Shown here: piece by piece, positions 7,934 through 16,900 of the stretch
How positions within the stretch are numbered: the first letter of the stretch is position 1
How the letters are laid out: each line of letters begins with the position of its first letter
From: an uncultured virus (IMG/VR IMGVR_UViG_3300049847_000281)
Lineage: Duplodnaviria; Heunggongvirae; Uroviricota; Caudoviricetes
IMG/VR virus record: IMGVR_UViG_3300049847_000281
DNA length: 20,000 bases
Direction: 5' to 3' (one strand)
Position numbers and translations under genes: made by a program
The notes under the pieces: model-generated
Told to the model about the DNA's origin: nothing
Seen by the model: the letters and a program-made list of their open reading frames with translations, nothing else
The model's database searches: none

Positions 7934-8648
7934 AAATCTGCAACTGATAAACAATTTTATCGTGGTGAAGCCCGACCCCGGCAACCACAAAATTGTTCTC
8001 AAGAGCGGAGCGGAGCTATACCTCGACACTTCATTCGAAGTGGAGAAGCATGCCGTTACAACAGGCACAGTCGTTTACGTCCCCGACAAGCTGCGCCACC
8101 ACGAACAGTACGGCACAGCCACGCTCTCATACATCACAGACCAAGAGCTGTGCTGTGGCGACAAAGTTATTTTTCACTACAACGAGTCTGTTCACAACAT
8201 CAAAGAGTCGCGCTACATCGAATGCGAAGAGCAAATCTATTTCTTAGTCAAGTACGACACCATCTTCTGCGCCATTCGCACTACACCCACCGGGGAGCAG
8301 CTCGTTATCCCGGTTAACGGTATCGTTATTGTAGAAGCCGATGACGCTCCGCCTCCGTTCGAGTCAGAGCATTTTGTAATTCCTGAAATATCGCTGGGCA
8401 GGAAGAGCGAAACACAGGGCGTTATCCGCTACATCGGCTCTCCGCTGAAGGGCTACTATGACTACAAGGATGTGGTGGACTTAAACAACCTGACGGAAGG
8501 AGACCACGTAGTCTTCAACAAACGCGACAGCGTGCCGCTGCAATACGACCTGCACCAGTCGCTCGACAAAGGCAAAACATTATACCGCATGCGCAGGATG
8601 GACATCTATGGCAAGCTGGAGGACTCTATACACGAACTACTCGTATGA
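7902..8648 (+). CDS. Co-chaperonin-like protein with two tandem GroES/Cpn10 domains
   Basis: Domain 1: LQLINNFIVVKP..KSGAELYL..TGTVVYVP..CGDKVIF..YFLVKYDTIFCAI. Domain 2: VIPVNGIVIVEA..FVIPE..QGVIRYIG..TEGDHVVF..GKTLYRMRRMDIYG. Confidence 0.75.
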   Translation: MSHKLTAKEFENLQLINNFIVVKPDPGNHKIVLKSGAELYLDTSFEVEKHAVTTGTVVYVPDKLRHHEQYGTATLSYITDQELCCGDKVIFHYNESVHNIKESRYIECEEQIYFLVKYDTIFCAIRTTPTGEQLVIPVNGIVIVEADDAPPPFESEHFVIPEISLGRKSETQGVIRYIGSPLKGYYDYKDVVDLNNLTEGDHVVFNKRDSVPLQYDLHQSLDKGKTLYRMRRMDIYGKLEDSIHELLV

Positions 8649-9304
8649 TACAAGACAACTTCTCTAACGAAGAGTTCTCAACCATGCTCTTCAACGTGAT
8701 GAACATTCCTTCGGGCAAGACCATCACCGAAGTGTACCCGGAGCTTGCTAAGTACCCGGAGTTCGGAAATTATACAGGCATGGAGCCGGAGACACTGCTG
8801 CGCTATGTGTTCCTGATGTACGACCGTCACACACCACTGAAGAAAGTGGACGACATCATCTCGCGCAAAATACAGGCTGCGCAGATAGCCGGGTTCGAGC
8901 CAAACGAAAAGGGTTACTTCGACCGCTTGGTGGATGACATGATGCGTGGCTTTAACGCAGACGTAAACAAGATGATTATACGTGCGCTGCGCCTGCAACA
9001 CGACATCACGTTCTCTACGATGGTCACTGGCAACGAAGCGCTGTATCAGAAACAGGAACTCATCCTCTCGGCAGCAGACGAAGGAGAGAAGAAATCTCCG
9101 GTGGAGATAGAAAAAATTAAAGGCGAACTATGGAAGCAGGCAAAGGCGATGCGTGACGACCTCGACAAACTTGCACTCATCTGCCTCAACAACGACAACA
9201 ACCCTTATCTAAAGAAGGATTTATTTTGTGTAATCGACAGAGAAAGCCAGCAGCTAAACCTCACCCCGGAAAGGGTGGCTCAACGGCAGAATGCAGAAGC
9301 ATGA
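8645..9304 (+). CDS. Hypothetical protein, candidate terminase small subunit
   Basis: 219 aa, helical, overlaps the start of the large terminase; function inferred from position only. Confidence 0.55.
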   Translation: MIQDNFSNEEFSTMLFNVMNIPSGKTITEVYPELAKYPEFGNYTGMEPETLLRYVFLMYDRHTPLKKVDDIISRKIQAAQIAGFEPNEKGYFDRLVDDMMRGFNADVNKMIIRALRLQHDITFSTMVTGNEALYQKQELILSAADEGEKKSPVEIEKIKGELWKQAKAMRDDLDKLALICLNNDNNPYLKKDLFCVIDRESQQLNLTPERVAQRQNAEA

Positions 9305-11381
9305 ATACATAGCGGCAGATAAAGTATTAATTGTTAATGACGGTGACCCGGACTTAAAGCCCATCTCTATTCCCCTTCCTGAAGCTCCGGCTATGGAAGA
9401 CACGGACGGCTATGGTCTCGCCCCGGATAATCAGATATGGAAGCGCATGCCGCTGCCGCCACGCCTGCGGGAGCTGCATCACGCCAAGATGACCAACCGC
9501 GAGAAGTGGACATTCCTCAGCGACAACGCCAAGTCCTACAAAAAAGAAATCGACTACATCGCTCAGATGTGGGAGTACCGCATCAACGGCTACTGGCTCT
9601 TCATCAACGGCAAGCAGACGTGGATTAGCGGAGACCACTTCTTCTACCTCAACACATGGAACTTAGATGTAGGCTTCCCGGTCTACCGCAGCCGCGACAG
9701 AAAGTTCTACATCTTCAAATGGTTCTGCGACAACGACCCATTCTGCTTCGGCTTCAATTACCCAAAGTTCCGAAGAGAAGGCGCTACCAGCAAAACCAAG
9801 TGCGCAGAATACAATCTCATCTCCCGTTCCGCCAACTATCACAGCGGTATGCAGAGCATGAACCTCCAAAGCTCCGAGAAACTCTTCAACGGACACGTGG
9901 TAGAGCCGTGGCGCAAGCTGCCATTCTTCTTCCAGCCAGTTCACGAAGGAACTACTAACCCGAAGAGCGGACTGTTCTTCTATGCTCCGGCATATAAGAT
10001 GACTGCCGACAACGTAAAAGAAATTGAGACCGAAGAGCTGGCATCATCCATGACGTTCCTCGACTCAGGGGTGAAAGCCTATGACGGTCGCAAGCTGCAC
10101 TTCTATCACGGAGACGAGACAGGAAAAACCGAAGAGGTGAATGTCTATGCCCGGTGGCGCGTTGTCAAGCCCTGTCTAAGACTTGGCTCTACCATCATCG
10201 GCAAGTGCATCAACACCTCCACCGTAGGAGAGATGGATAAAGGTGGCGGTCGCCACTTCAAGCAGCTATGTGACGACAGCGACTATCACGACCGCAACAA
10301 GAACGGACAAACGAAGTCAGGCTTATACACCCTCTTCATCTCCTCAGCGGATGGCTTAGAAGGTAACGACCCGCAGACCGGGCTACCCTTCATTGATAAG
10401 TTTGGCAACTGCAACATCGAAGCTGCTACACAATATCTCCTCAACCAGCGCGAAGCATTTGAGTCAGATAACAACTACGAAGCCCTCAGCGACATGTACC
10501 GGGAGATGCCGCTCTTCTACAAAGAGTGCTGGAGGTCTAATGCCAAGAACTGCAACTTCAACCAAATCATCCTTCAGTCCCGCATCGATGAGCTGGACGG
10601 CAACAACCCCAATGTGGTGCGCGGAACATTTAAGTGGACGGACGACATTGCAGATTCTACCGTTTACTTCGAACCATCCGAGCACGGGCGCTTCTACGTC
10701 AGCTACCTGTTCGACCACCCCGGTCAGGCAAACCGCATATACCATAATGACGGACGCAAGTACCCCGCCAGCACCCAATTTTTCGTTGCAGGAGGCGACC
10801 CCTACCGCTTTAAAGTAACCCTCAACGAAAAGAAATCGAACGGAGCCGGAGCGGTGTTCATGAAATACAACATTGTCTTAGACCCTCCGGGCACAGACAT
10901 CAGCCGATGGAAGACGCACCGCTTCTGCTGCACCTACAGCTATCGTCCGCGTGACAAGTTCGAGTACGGAGAAGACATGATTAAGATGTGCGTCTACTAT
11001 GGCTGCGAGATGTTCCCCGAAATCAACGTAGACTTCCTGTGGGACTTCTTCGAAGAGCGCGGCTATGGCGGCTACCTCTTCTATCGCAAAGACCCTAAGA
11101 CGGGCTACTCCCTTAGAACACCGGGGCAGACGACTACCGACAAAGTAAAGGAAGCCATCTTCACCGAGTACCACACCTATATCGAACAGCACGGCAGACG
11201 TGAGCTGCACACCGAGCTGTTACAGGAGTGCTTGGACATCGAGAACGACATGACAGATTTTGACCGCTTCGTTGCCGGAGGTTATGCCCTGATGGGAGCT
11301 AAGAAGGTCGTATGGCAGGAGCAGGAAGCGCCTCTGTCCATAGAAGACTATGTAGAAACTTATATCGTAGAATCACAATAA
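9291..11381 (+). CDS. terL: Terminase large subunit
   Basis: Walker A variant KFRREGAT, Walker B FYHGDETGK, coupling motif INTST, RNase H-like nuclease residues AGGDPY and FDRFVAGG. Confidence 0.92.
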   Translation: MQKHEYIAADKVLIVNDGDPDLKPISIPLPEAPAMEDTDGYGLAPDNQIWKRMPLPPRLRELHHAKMTNREKWTFLSDNAKSYKKEIDYIAQMWEYRINGYWLFINGKQTWISGDHFFYLNTWNLDVGFPVYRSRDRKFYIFKWFCDNDPFCFGFNYPKFRREGATSKTKCAEYNLISRSANYHSGMQSMNLQSSEKLFNGHVVEPWRKLPFFFQPVHEGTTNPKSGLFFYAPAYKMTADNVKEIETEELASSMTFLDSGVKAYDGRKLHFYHGDETGKTEEVNVYARWRVVKPCLRLGSTIIGKCINTSTVGEMDKGGGRHFKQLCDDSDYHDRNKNGQTKSGLYTLFISSADGLEGNDPQTGLPFIDKFGNCNIEAATQYLLNQREAFESDNNYEALSDMYREMPLFYKECWRSNAKNCNFNQIILQSRIDELDGNNPNVVRGTFKWTDDIADSTVYFEPSEHGRFYVSYLFDHPGQANRIYHNDGRKYPASTQFFVAGGDPYRFKVTLNEKKSNGAGAVFMKYNIVLDPPGTDISRWKTHRFCCTYSYRPRDKFEYGEDMIKMCVYYGCEMFPEINVDFLWDFFEERGYGGYLFYRKDPKTGYSLRTPGQTTTDKVKEAIFTEYHTYIEQHGRRELHTELLQECLDIENDMTDFDRFVAGGYALMGAKKVVWQEQEAPLSIEDYVETYIVESQ

Positions 11382-11397
11382 CTAAACCCCACATACA

Positions 11398-13704
11398 ATG
11401 GAACTCTTTCAAGTTGAAAAGTATCAGAAAGGAAACTTCTTCGCACCGGGCGACAACATCGACCCGAAGGCGAAAGACAAAAAATGGTTTAAAGAGAAAG
11501 CCGAATTTCTCTACTCGCAGTATCTGCGCGACAACTGCGGCATACCGTACAGCCGCTTAGTCGACTTCTCGCTCTACCGTCTCTATGCTCAGGGCAGACA
11601 GCCCGTAGAGAAATACATGAACGTGCTGTGCCCCGTCAACAAAAAGACCGGGCTGCGCAAGATGTGGATGAACATCAGCTGGGACATCCTCTCAGTAGCG
11701 CCTAAGTACCGTCAGGTCGTCCTCGGTCGCCTCAGCAAAATCGATTACAAGGCGCAGTGCAACTGTGTCGATGAACTCAGCGATGAAGCGCGCAACAACC
11801 TCAAGTTCGGTATATGGGTGGAGAAGAAGCATCAGGAGTTTCTTCAGATGTTCGACAAAATCACAGGCACGGCTCCCGACCCGCAGCAACAGGAAATCCC
11901 GTATATGCCCGATACAATGGGAGAGCTGGACATGATGGCGAACATGGGCGCGTTCAAACTCAAGCACGAAATCGCTATGGAGAAACTCACAGACGCTGCC
12001 TTCAAAGAAAGCCTGTGGGAAGAAATCAAGCGCAAGCTGCACGAAGACTTCTATGACCTCGGTGTCGCTGCCGTCAAAGATTTCGTTGACCCGCTCACCC
12101 AGCGTGCGCAGACGCGCTATGTAGACCCGGCTAACCTTGTAGCGCGGTCTACCCGGTCTAATGACTACGAAGACATCAGCGAAGCAGGAGAGCTGAAGCT
12201 GTTCTCCCTCGCCACCATCAGCGAACTCACCGGGATGCCGGAAGACGAGGTGCGCAGAATAGCGAACGTATACCTCGGCTATGCCGTCAACAAAGCGCTG
12301 TTCTCAAACACCTTCTATCAGGACAGAGCCTACTACAACACACAGGTCTTAGTTCTCGACATGGAGTTCGAAAGTGCCGACACCCGCGTCTTCAAAAACT
12401 TCAAAGACAAGAACGGCAACGAAGTCACCGATGAGCGCAACTTCAACTACCAGCCCTCCGACACCGGAGCTGTGGCTAAGGGCGATGCGTCCATCAACAG
12501 AATCTCCGTGAAGCAGTGGTATCGCTGCAAATGGATTGTAGGCACTGACATCATCTTCGACTATGGCTATCAGATGGACGTGCCGCGCCTGCGCAAGAAC
12601 AAGCCTTGCTCGTCCTACCACATCTATAAAATTGCCGACAAGTCCATGCAGGCTTCCATCATCCAGCCGCTCGACCAAATTCAGTTCAACTACCTCAAGC
12701 TGCAAAACGACATCGCCAAAGCTCCGCCAGCGGGTGTGCGTATCGAATTCGGCTCGTTATCTAACATGGACATGGGAGAAGGTAAGATGAACCCGCTTGA
12801 AATCCTTTCCATCTACCGTCAGACGGGCGACTTGCTGTACAAGCGGACGACACAGAACGGACAGGTTGTGCAGGGAGCAGAGAACCCGATTGAGGAGCTG
12901 GCAGGCGGATTAGGGCGCGTGCTGGATGAACGAATCAAAATCTTCGAGTTCAACTTCAACATGATTCGTGACATCACAGGTGTGAACCAAGTAGTCGATG
13001 CCTCCAGCCCTGCTCCGGGCGCGTTAAACGGCACTTCGCAGATTGCGGCTAATGCCACCGACAATGTGCTGCAAGTGTTTCTGCACGGCTATAAGAACCT
13101 CAAGGTAGCCACCGCACGCAACCTCTGCAAGCGCATACAGATTATCTCCCGCTTTGGCGATGCCTCGCAATACTACGACATTGCCGGGCGTGCCAACATG
13201 GAGATTATCCGGCTGGGTGCGGGTAACGAGTTAGCCGACTACGGCATGTATTGCGAAGCTGCCATCACCGATGAGCAGCGTGACTTCGTGCGTCAGGCGG
13301 CTCTTACCTCACTCAATGCTGCCAAGCAGGGCGCTGTAGGCATCACCATGAGCGACTATCTCTTCATCGAGCGTGCCTTGGAAGCCGACCAAATCAAGTA
13401 CGCTCAGTTCTTCTTGGCTGCACGCGAGAAGCAGGAGTACATGAAACAGCAGGCGATGCAACAACAGAACATGCAACAGAACCAGCAGGGCGCTCAACAG
13501 GTGGAGCAGATGAAGAGTCAGGCGGCTGCGCAGCAGATGCAGATGCAGCAGCAGGGCATCCAGCAAGAGATTATGGCAAAGTTCAATGCCGACTCTCAGC
13601 TGGCGCAGCAGCAGCACGAAAACAAGATGAAGGAGATTACGCTGGAGAAGAACTTAGAGGCTGCGTTGCAGCTGAATCAGTCGAAGGCGGAAGTGAGACC
13701 GTAG
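11398..13704 (+). CDS. Portal protein
   Basis: 768 aa directly after terL; motifs RLYAQGRQPVEKY, MNISWDIL, RYVDPANL, IRDITGVN; Gln-rich coiled-coil C-terminal barrel as in podoviral/crAss-like portals. Confidence 0.88.
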   Translation: MELFQVEKYQKGNFFAPGDNIDPKAKDKKWFKEKAEFLYSQYLRDNCGIPYSRLVDFSLYRLYAQGRQPVEKYMNVLCPVNKKTGLRKMWMNISWDILSVAPKYRQVVLGRLSKIDYKAQCNCVDELSDEARNNLKFGIWVEKKHQEFLQMFDKITGTAPDPQQQEIPYMPDTMGELDMMANMGAFKLKHEIAMEKLTDAAFKESLWEEIKRKLHEDFYDLGVAAVKDFVDPLTQRAQTRYVDPANLVARSTRSNDYEDISEAGELKLFSLATISELTGMPEDEVRRIANVYLGYAVNKALFSNTFYQDRAYYNTQVLVLDMEFESADTRVFKNFKDKNGNEVTDERNFNYQPSDTGAVAKGDASINRISVKQWYRCKWIVGTDIIFDYGYQMDVPRLRKNKPCSSYHIYKIADKSMQASIIQPLDQIQFNYLKLQNDIAKAPPAGVRIEFGSLSNMDMGEGKMNPLEILSIYRQTGDLLYKRTTQNGQVVQGAENPIEELAGGLGRVLDERIKIFEFNFNMIRDITGVNQVVDASSPAPGALNGTSQIAANATDNVLQVFLHGYKNLKVATARNLCKRIQIISRFGDASQYYDIAGRANMEIIRLGAGNELADYGMYCEAAITDEQRDFVRQAALTSLNAAKQGAVGITMSDYLFIERALEADQIKYAQFFLAAREKQEYMKQQAMQQQNMQQNQQGAQQVEQMKSQAAAQQMQMQQQGIQQEIMAKFNADSQLAQQQHENKMKEITLEKNLEAALQLNQSKAEVRP

Positions 13705-14206
13705 CTCTGTAATAGATATTCTCTCTGTTGAATTGCGTAACCGGACTGTCGCCAAGGTAAGTTGTCTTAGCCACTTCCTCCGGGTTTGAAGAGCCTATAG
13801 CCAAAGCCACTGCGTTAGCAAAAAGATAATTCGACTCAGCTATCTCTTGGGCAGTATATGGAACGCAGAATAGCCGCGCCTCCTCCGGCTCCGAGATTAT
13901 CATCCCGGTGTAGAACCCGCGCAGGTCGTACTTCTTTACAAACTCGTCCGCGTTGCACCACACGCACACAGTGTCCTTCTGCCTGAGCAGATAAACGAAC
14001 GTAGAGTCTATAGCAAAAGCTCCGAAGCCGATAAGCCCCTGATGCGTCCCATGTCCCAGCATGATGATGCGGTCGTGAAGTTTTATCTCGCGCTTCAGTA
14101 CCGACTTAGACACGTTGTGTCGTATCACCGTCCATCCATGCCCTTCATAGATAGGGGAAAGGAAGTCGGTGGAGATGTCTTTGGGGTGGATGACTAAGGT
14201 TTTCAT
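13637..14206 (-). CDS. Conserved hypothetical protein (alpha/beta fold with MLGHG and VWCNAD motifs)
   Basis: 189 aa; converges on the portal and overlaps its 3' end by 68 nt. Confidence 0.7.
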   Translation of the reverse strand: MKTLVIHPKDISTDFLSPIYEGHGWTVIRHNVSKSVLKREIKLHDRIIMLGHGTHQGLIGFGAFAIDSTFVYLLRQKDTVCVWCNADEFVKKYDLRGFYTGMIISEPEEARLFCVPYTAQEIAESNYLFANAVALAIGSSNPEEVAKTTYLGDSPVTQFNRENIYYRATVSLPPSTDSAATQPLSSSPA

Positions 14207-14409
14207 TAAAGAGAGTTTTCTAACTCATTTATTTTTTGAATAATTGATTGAATTAATTTACCTTGTAATTCTACCTGTTTTCGCAAACTTTTCCGAGACA
14301 ATAATTCAATTATTTTCGGCAGTAATCCGATAACATTTGCAACCAACTCCACAGGTATTTCTCCTGATTGGTGTTTTTCTAATTTGTCTAATGCTTGTTG
14401 TGCTTCCAT
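14206..14409 (-). CDS. Small hypothetical protein
   Basis: 67 aa, AT-rich, TAATG coupling to the next gene, A-rich leader. Confidence 0.6.
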   Translation of the reverse strand: MEAQQALDKLEKHQSGEIPVELVANVIGLLPKIIELLSRKSLRKQVELQGKLIQSIIQKINELENSL

Positions 14410-14410
14410 T

Positions 14411-14565
14411 TTATTTATTTTTGATTAATAGGGTATTAAGTTCTTCATATTTCTGATGCCAAATTGCAGGGCGTTTAACATTAAGCGCATCATCTATATG
14501 CACGGAATCGGGATTATTATAAACGGGATGTTCCCTTTTTTGAAAACTCCTCTATTTCCTTTCAT
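14411..14565 (-). pseudogene. Probable broken or fused gene remnant
   Basis: The start MKGNRGVFKKGNIP (HNH-associated N-terminal type motif) stops after 23 aa. Another frame continues ...NNPDSVHIDDALNVKRPAIWHQKYEELNTLLIKNK* and ends 1 nt before the next ATG. Confidence 0.4.
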
Positions 14566-14800
14566 AACTCTTTTGCTTATGTCCAAACAGATAGACCCCA
14601 TAGATGCGTCTAAAGTAAATGCGGTAATACACCATCGCCTCTGCTGTGTTACCTGCGCGAGAGCGGTGTCCTTTCTCCACGTCATGCGACTTCTCGATAT
14701 TATCTATCTCGGCAGCCAGCTCCTGCAACACCGCATCCACAGCGCTCTCTTGGTCTTTCCCGAAGGATATAGTCAGTATCGGCATATCAGATATATTCAA
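14552..14800 (-). CDS. Hypothetical protein
   Basis: 82 aa; tiles with neighbours on the - strand. Confidence 0.5.
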   Translation of the reverse strand: MNISDMPILTISFGKDQESAVDAVLQELAAEIDNIEKSHDVEKGHRSRAGNTAEAMVYYRIYFRRIYGVYLFGHKQKSYERK

Positions 14801-15041
14801 GTATCATACTCCCCGGCTTAATGTCCGTATAGACAAACCTGCGCAGGCAATGCGAACAGAAGTCCGTCAGCAACAGCTCAAAGGTAGTGGTATCGCGCTG
14901 CACAAACAAACCCTCCTCCTTACACTCCGGGCAGATGCTGCGGAAGCACGACTCGGTGTTGGAGCGCGTCAAGTCCTGATGCCGCACTTCGAGCTGCGGC
15001 ATTTGGAGGTTGTCTATCAGTTGTTCTATCGTGTAGTCCAT
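14787..15041 (-). CDS. Small zinc-ribbon-like protein
   Basis: CPEC...CSHC pairs; start overlaps the upstream stop. Confidence 0.65.
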   Translation of the reverse strand: MDYTIEQLIDNLQMPQLEVRHQDLTRSNTESCFRSICPECKEEGLFVQRDTTTFELLLTDFCSHCLRRFVYTDIKPGSMILEYI

Positions 15042-15286
15042 CAGATTTTCTTCATTTCATAGCCAATGTCTTTCAGCGCTTCGTTAAGCATCTTTAAACT
15101 AACTTGTCCGTAGCCAACTCTGCCATATCTGTCTGCCATCACAATCGTGAAGCCGGGCTTGTCGTCATAGGTCGCATTCTCCTTCAGGTGAATCTCTATC
15201 GGTCTCATCTCTGCTATTCCGTTCACATGGTGCTGTAGGTCTACTTTCCCTTTGCCGTGGTTGAAAGCGTTAAATTCTTTAGGCAT
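15041..15286 (-). CDS. Hypothetical protein
   Basis: 81 aa; TGATG coupling to the downstream gene. Confidence 0.6.
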   Translation of the reverse strand: MPKEFNAFNHGKGKVDLQHHVNGIAEMRPIEIHLKENATYDDKPGFTIVMADRYGRVGYGQVSLKMLNEALKDIGYEMKKI

Positions 15287-15402
15287 CTCTTTGTTTTTTT
15301 ATAGATGATGAACTCTTCTGTTGTCTCTGTTTTCTCCAGCACTATCTCATAGACCTTCCCTGTCTGATAGTCGTACTCGATGGCTCTTAGTTGTTTGCTC
15401 AT
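15241..15402 (-). CDS. Small hypothetical protein (53 aa, below the ORF-track cut-off)
   Basis: ATG at 15402 overlaps the TGA of the upstream gene; MSKQLRAIEYDYQTGKVYEIVLEKTETTEEFIIYKKTKRCLKNLTLSTTAKGK*. Confidence 0.5.
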   Translation of the reverse strand: MSKQLRAIEYDYQTGKVYEIVLEKTETTEEFIIYKKTKRCLKNLTLSTTAKGK

Positions 15403-16088
15403 CATCTATAGCATTTACCAAGTTTTATCCTGCTCACCGTATGCTCTCCCACACCATACTTCTCCGCAATCTGCTTTCCCGTCAGCTTCCCTGCGCGCAG
15501 CGCCAGCTTAATCCTGCCTACAACGCACCTGTCTGTGCCGGGTGTAGCATGCTTAGCTCTGTTGTACTGCGGTCTTATATCGCCCCAGCATTCACCTCTC
15601 GCTATTCTGTGTATTGTCATCTTTGTAACACCGTAGCTTTTCGCCAGCTTAGACACACTCCTCTTGTTTACGGCAAGAGCATGTTTAATAAGCCCCGCCT
15701 CTTTTGCTGTAAGGGTATAGTTGCCGCGCTCTCCGCCTCTCACTTTGTTGAGCCGGGAAATGCGGTGATAGAACTTCGCTATCTCGCTCTTCGACATCCA
15801 CTTCAGATTCTTTAGCGTCAGATTACTTTTGTCGCCATCTATCACCATCGCATCTCTGCCGTTACGGTTTCCCTTAAATGTCTGCAACAACACATTCGCC
15901 ACCGTGAATCCTTTTTTCTTTAACGGCTTAGACCCGGACACAGCTACATCAAATCCTTTGTGCCCGTGTATGTTTCGCCCTCTCAGAATTCTTCTTGTTC
16001 CTGATTGCGAAACACTCATAATCTTCCCGTCATCCGACACGAAGTAGGACGAGCGTGTTGCAAAGTCGAATTTAATTTCTTTCCACAT
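15402..16088 (-). CDS. NUMOD4 / degenerate HNH protein with two C-terminal HTH repeats
   Basis: N-terminal MWKEI..YFVSDDGKIMS (NUMOD4-like); VANVLLQTF...MVIDGDKSNLTLKNLKW (HNH_3-like, lacking His); HTHs SVSKLAKSYGVTKMTIHRIARG and TGKQIAEKYGVGEHTVSRIKLG. Confidence 0.75.
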   Translation of the reverse strand: MWKEIKFDFATRSSYFVSDDGKIMSVSQSGTRRILRGRNIHGHKGFDVAVSGSKPLKKKGFTVANVLLQTFKGNRNGRDAMVIDGDKSNLTLKNLKWMSKSEIAKFYHRISRLNKVRGGERGNYTLTAKEAGLIKHALAVNKRSVSKLAKSYGVTKMTIHRIARGECWGDIRPQYNRAKHATPGTDRCVVGRIKLALRAGKLTGKQIAEKYGVGEHTVSRIKLGKCYR

Positions 16089-16092
16089 ATTT

Positions 16093-16449
16093 TTATACTA
16101 ACAATATCTCCGGTGTTACCATATTCTGATTACTCTGCCGCCACAGATGCAGCGTGTGCTTATGCAGGTTCACATACTCGCTCTTGGGCGGGTGATACTG
16201 CACCACACAGTCGCTGTCGTCCCAAAACAAATCCTTCACCAAGCACATCTCGCTCCACGTAGGTGTGCGCTCCGCTCCATCACTCTCCGCATGCACACTC
16301 ACATGCTCCCAGCCCTCTCCGTCACTCACAACGAGATGCAGCGTGGTGCGCCCTCTGCTGATGCGGAAGTAGCCGTTGGCACCGTAGCTGCTGTCCGTAG
16401 CCATCTTGTGCCCGTGGGTGACGCGATATTTTTCTGCTGCGTGAAACAT
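16093..16449 (-). CDS. Conserved phage hypothetical protein (WEHVSV...PTWxEMCxVKDLFW...YVNxHxxxLHLW family)
   Basis: Recognisable His/Trp motif set common in phage accessory regions; function unknown to me. Confidence 0.8.
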   Translation of the reverse strand: MFHAAEKYRVTHGHKMATDSSYGANGYFRISRGRTTLHLVVSDGEGWEHVSVHAESDGAERTPTWSEMCLVKDLFWDDSDCVVQYHPPKSEYVNLHKHTLHLWRQSNQNMVTPEILLV

Positions 16450-16454
16450 GAAGA

Positions 16455-16769
16455 CTATTTATCAACTTCCTTTTTCACCACCCGGTATTTCTTCGCCCAC
16501 TTTTTATTTTTCATCTTCAGCTCCACCCACTCGTCAATCTTCAGCGACTTCTGCTGTCCGGTGGCTATCTCTTCGATGATGACTTCATCCGTCACCGAAG
16601 CTCCCAGCTGCATCGAGATGCGCTCCAGCAGAAAGTTCGTCTTGTGCGCGGCAGAAGTGCGCTCGTTGATTCTCCAGTACCAGTTGTTGATTTCCCGGAG
16701 AAGAAAAAATAAAGCGAAGAAGGTGATGACTATCGCTACTACTAAGGTGATTGCATTGTCTTGGTTCAT
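16455..16769 (-). CDS. Small membrane-anchored protein
   Basis: N-terminal hydrophobic helix ITLVVAIVITFFALFFLL followed by REINNWYWRINER. Confidence 0.7.
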   Translation of the reverse strand: MNQDNAITLVVAIVITFFALFFLLREINNWYWRINERTSAAHKTNFLLERISMQLGASVTDEVIIEEIATGQQKSLKIDEWVELKMKNKKWAKKYRVVKKEVDK

Positions 16770-16825
16770 GATGTGTGATTTTAATTGTTAACTTGATAGA
16801 TGAATTGTGATTAAAAGTTTTTCTG

Positions 16826-16900
16826 TATCTTTGCCCCGTGTATTTTTAACTTGTTAAAGTTGTTTAACAACGCCCCGGTGTTAAAGCCGGGGTTTTGTTT
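16826..16900 (+). promoter_or_regulatory. Candidate -7 promoter box (TATCTTTG 16826-16833) followed by a terminator-like hairpin (16872-16900)
   Basis: GCCCCGG-TGTTAAAG-CCGGGGT then TTTGTTTT on the + strand, antisense to the surrounding genes. Confidence 0.45.

Noticed and set aside
13441..13620. CAG-rich repeats at the portal 3' end
   Set aside because: They encode the ordinary Gln-rich coiled-coil tail of the portal and are not a separate repeat element.
457..13704. Stop-codon reassignment as in some crAss-like phages
   Set aside because: Core genes are full length in code 11; TAA, TAG and TGA all terminate genes; no suppressor tRNA is seen.
9291..13704. Introns or inteins in the terminase or portal
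   Set aside because: Both ORFs are continuous with normal sizes, and I see no intein C/HN-type boundaries.
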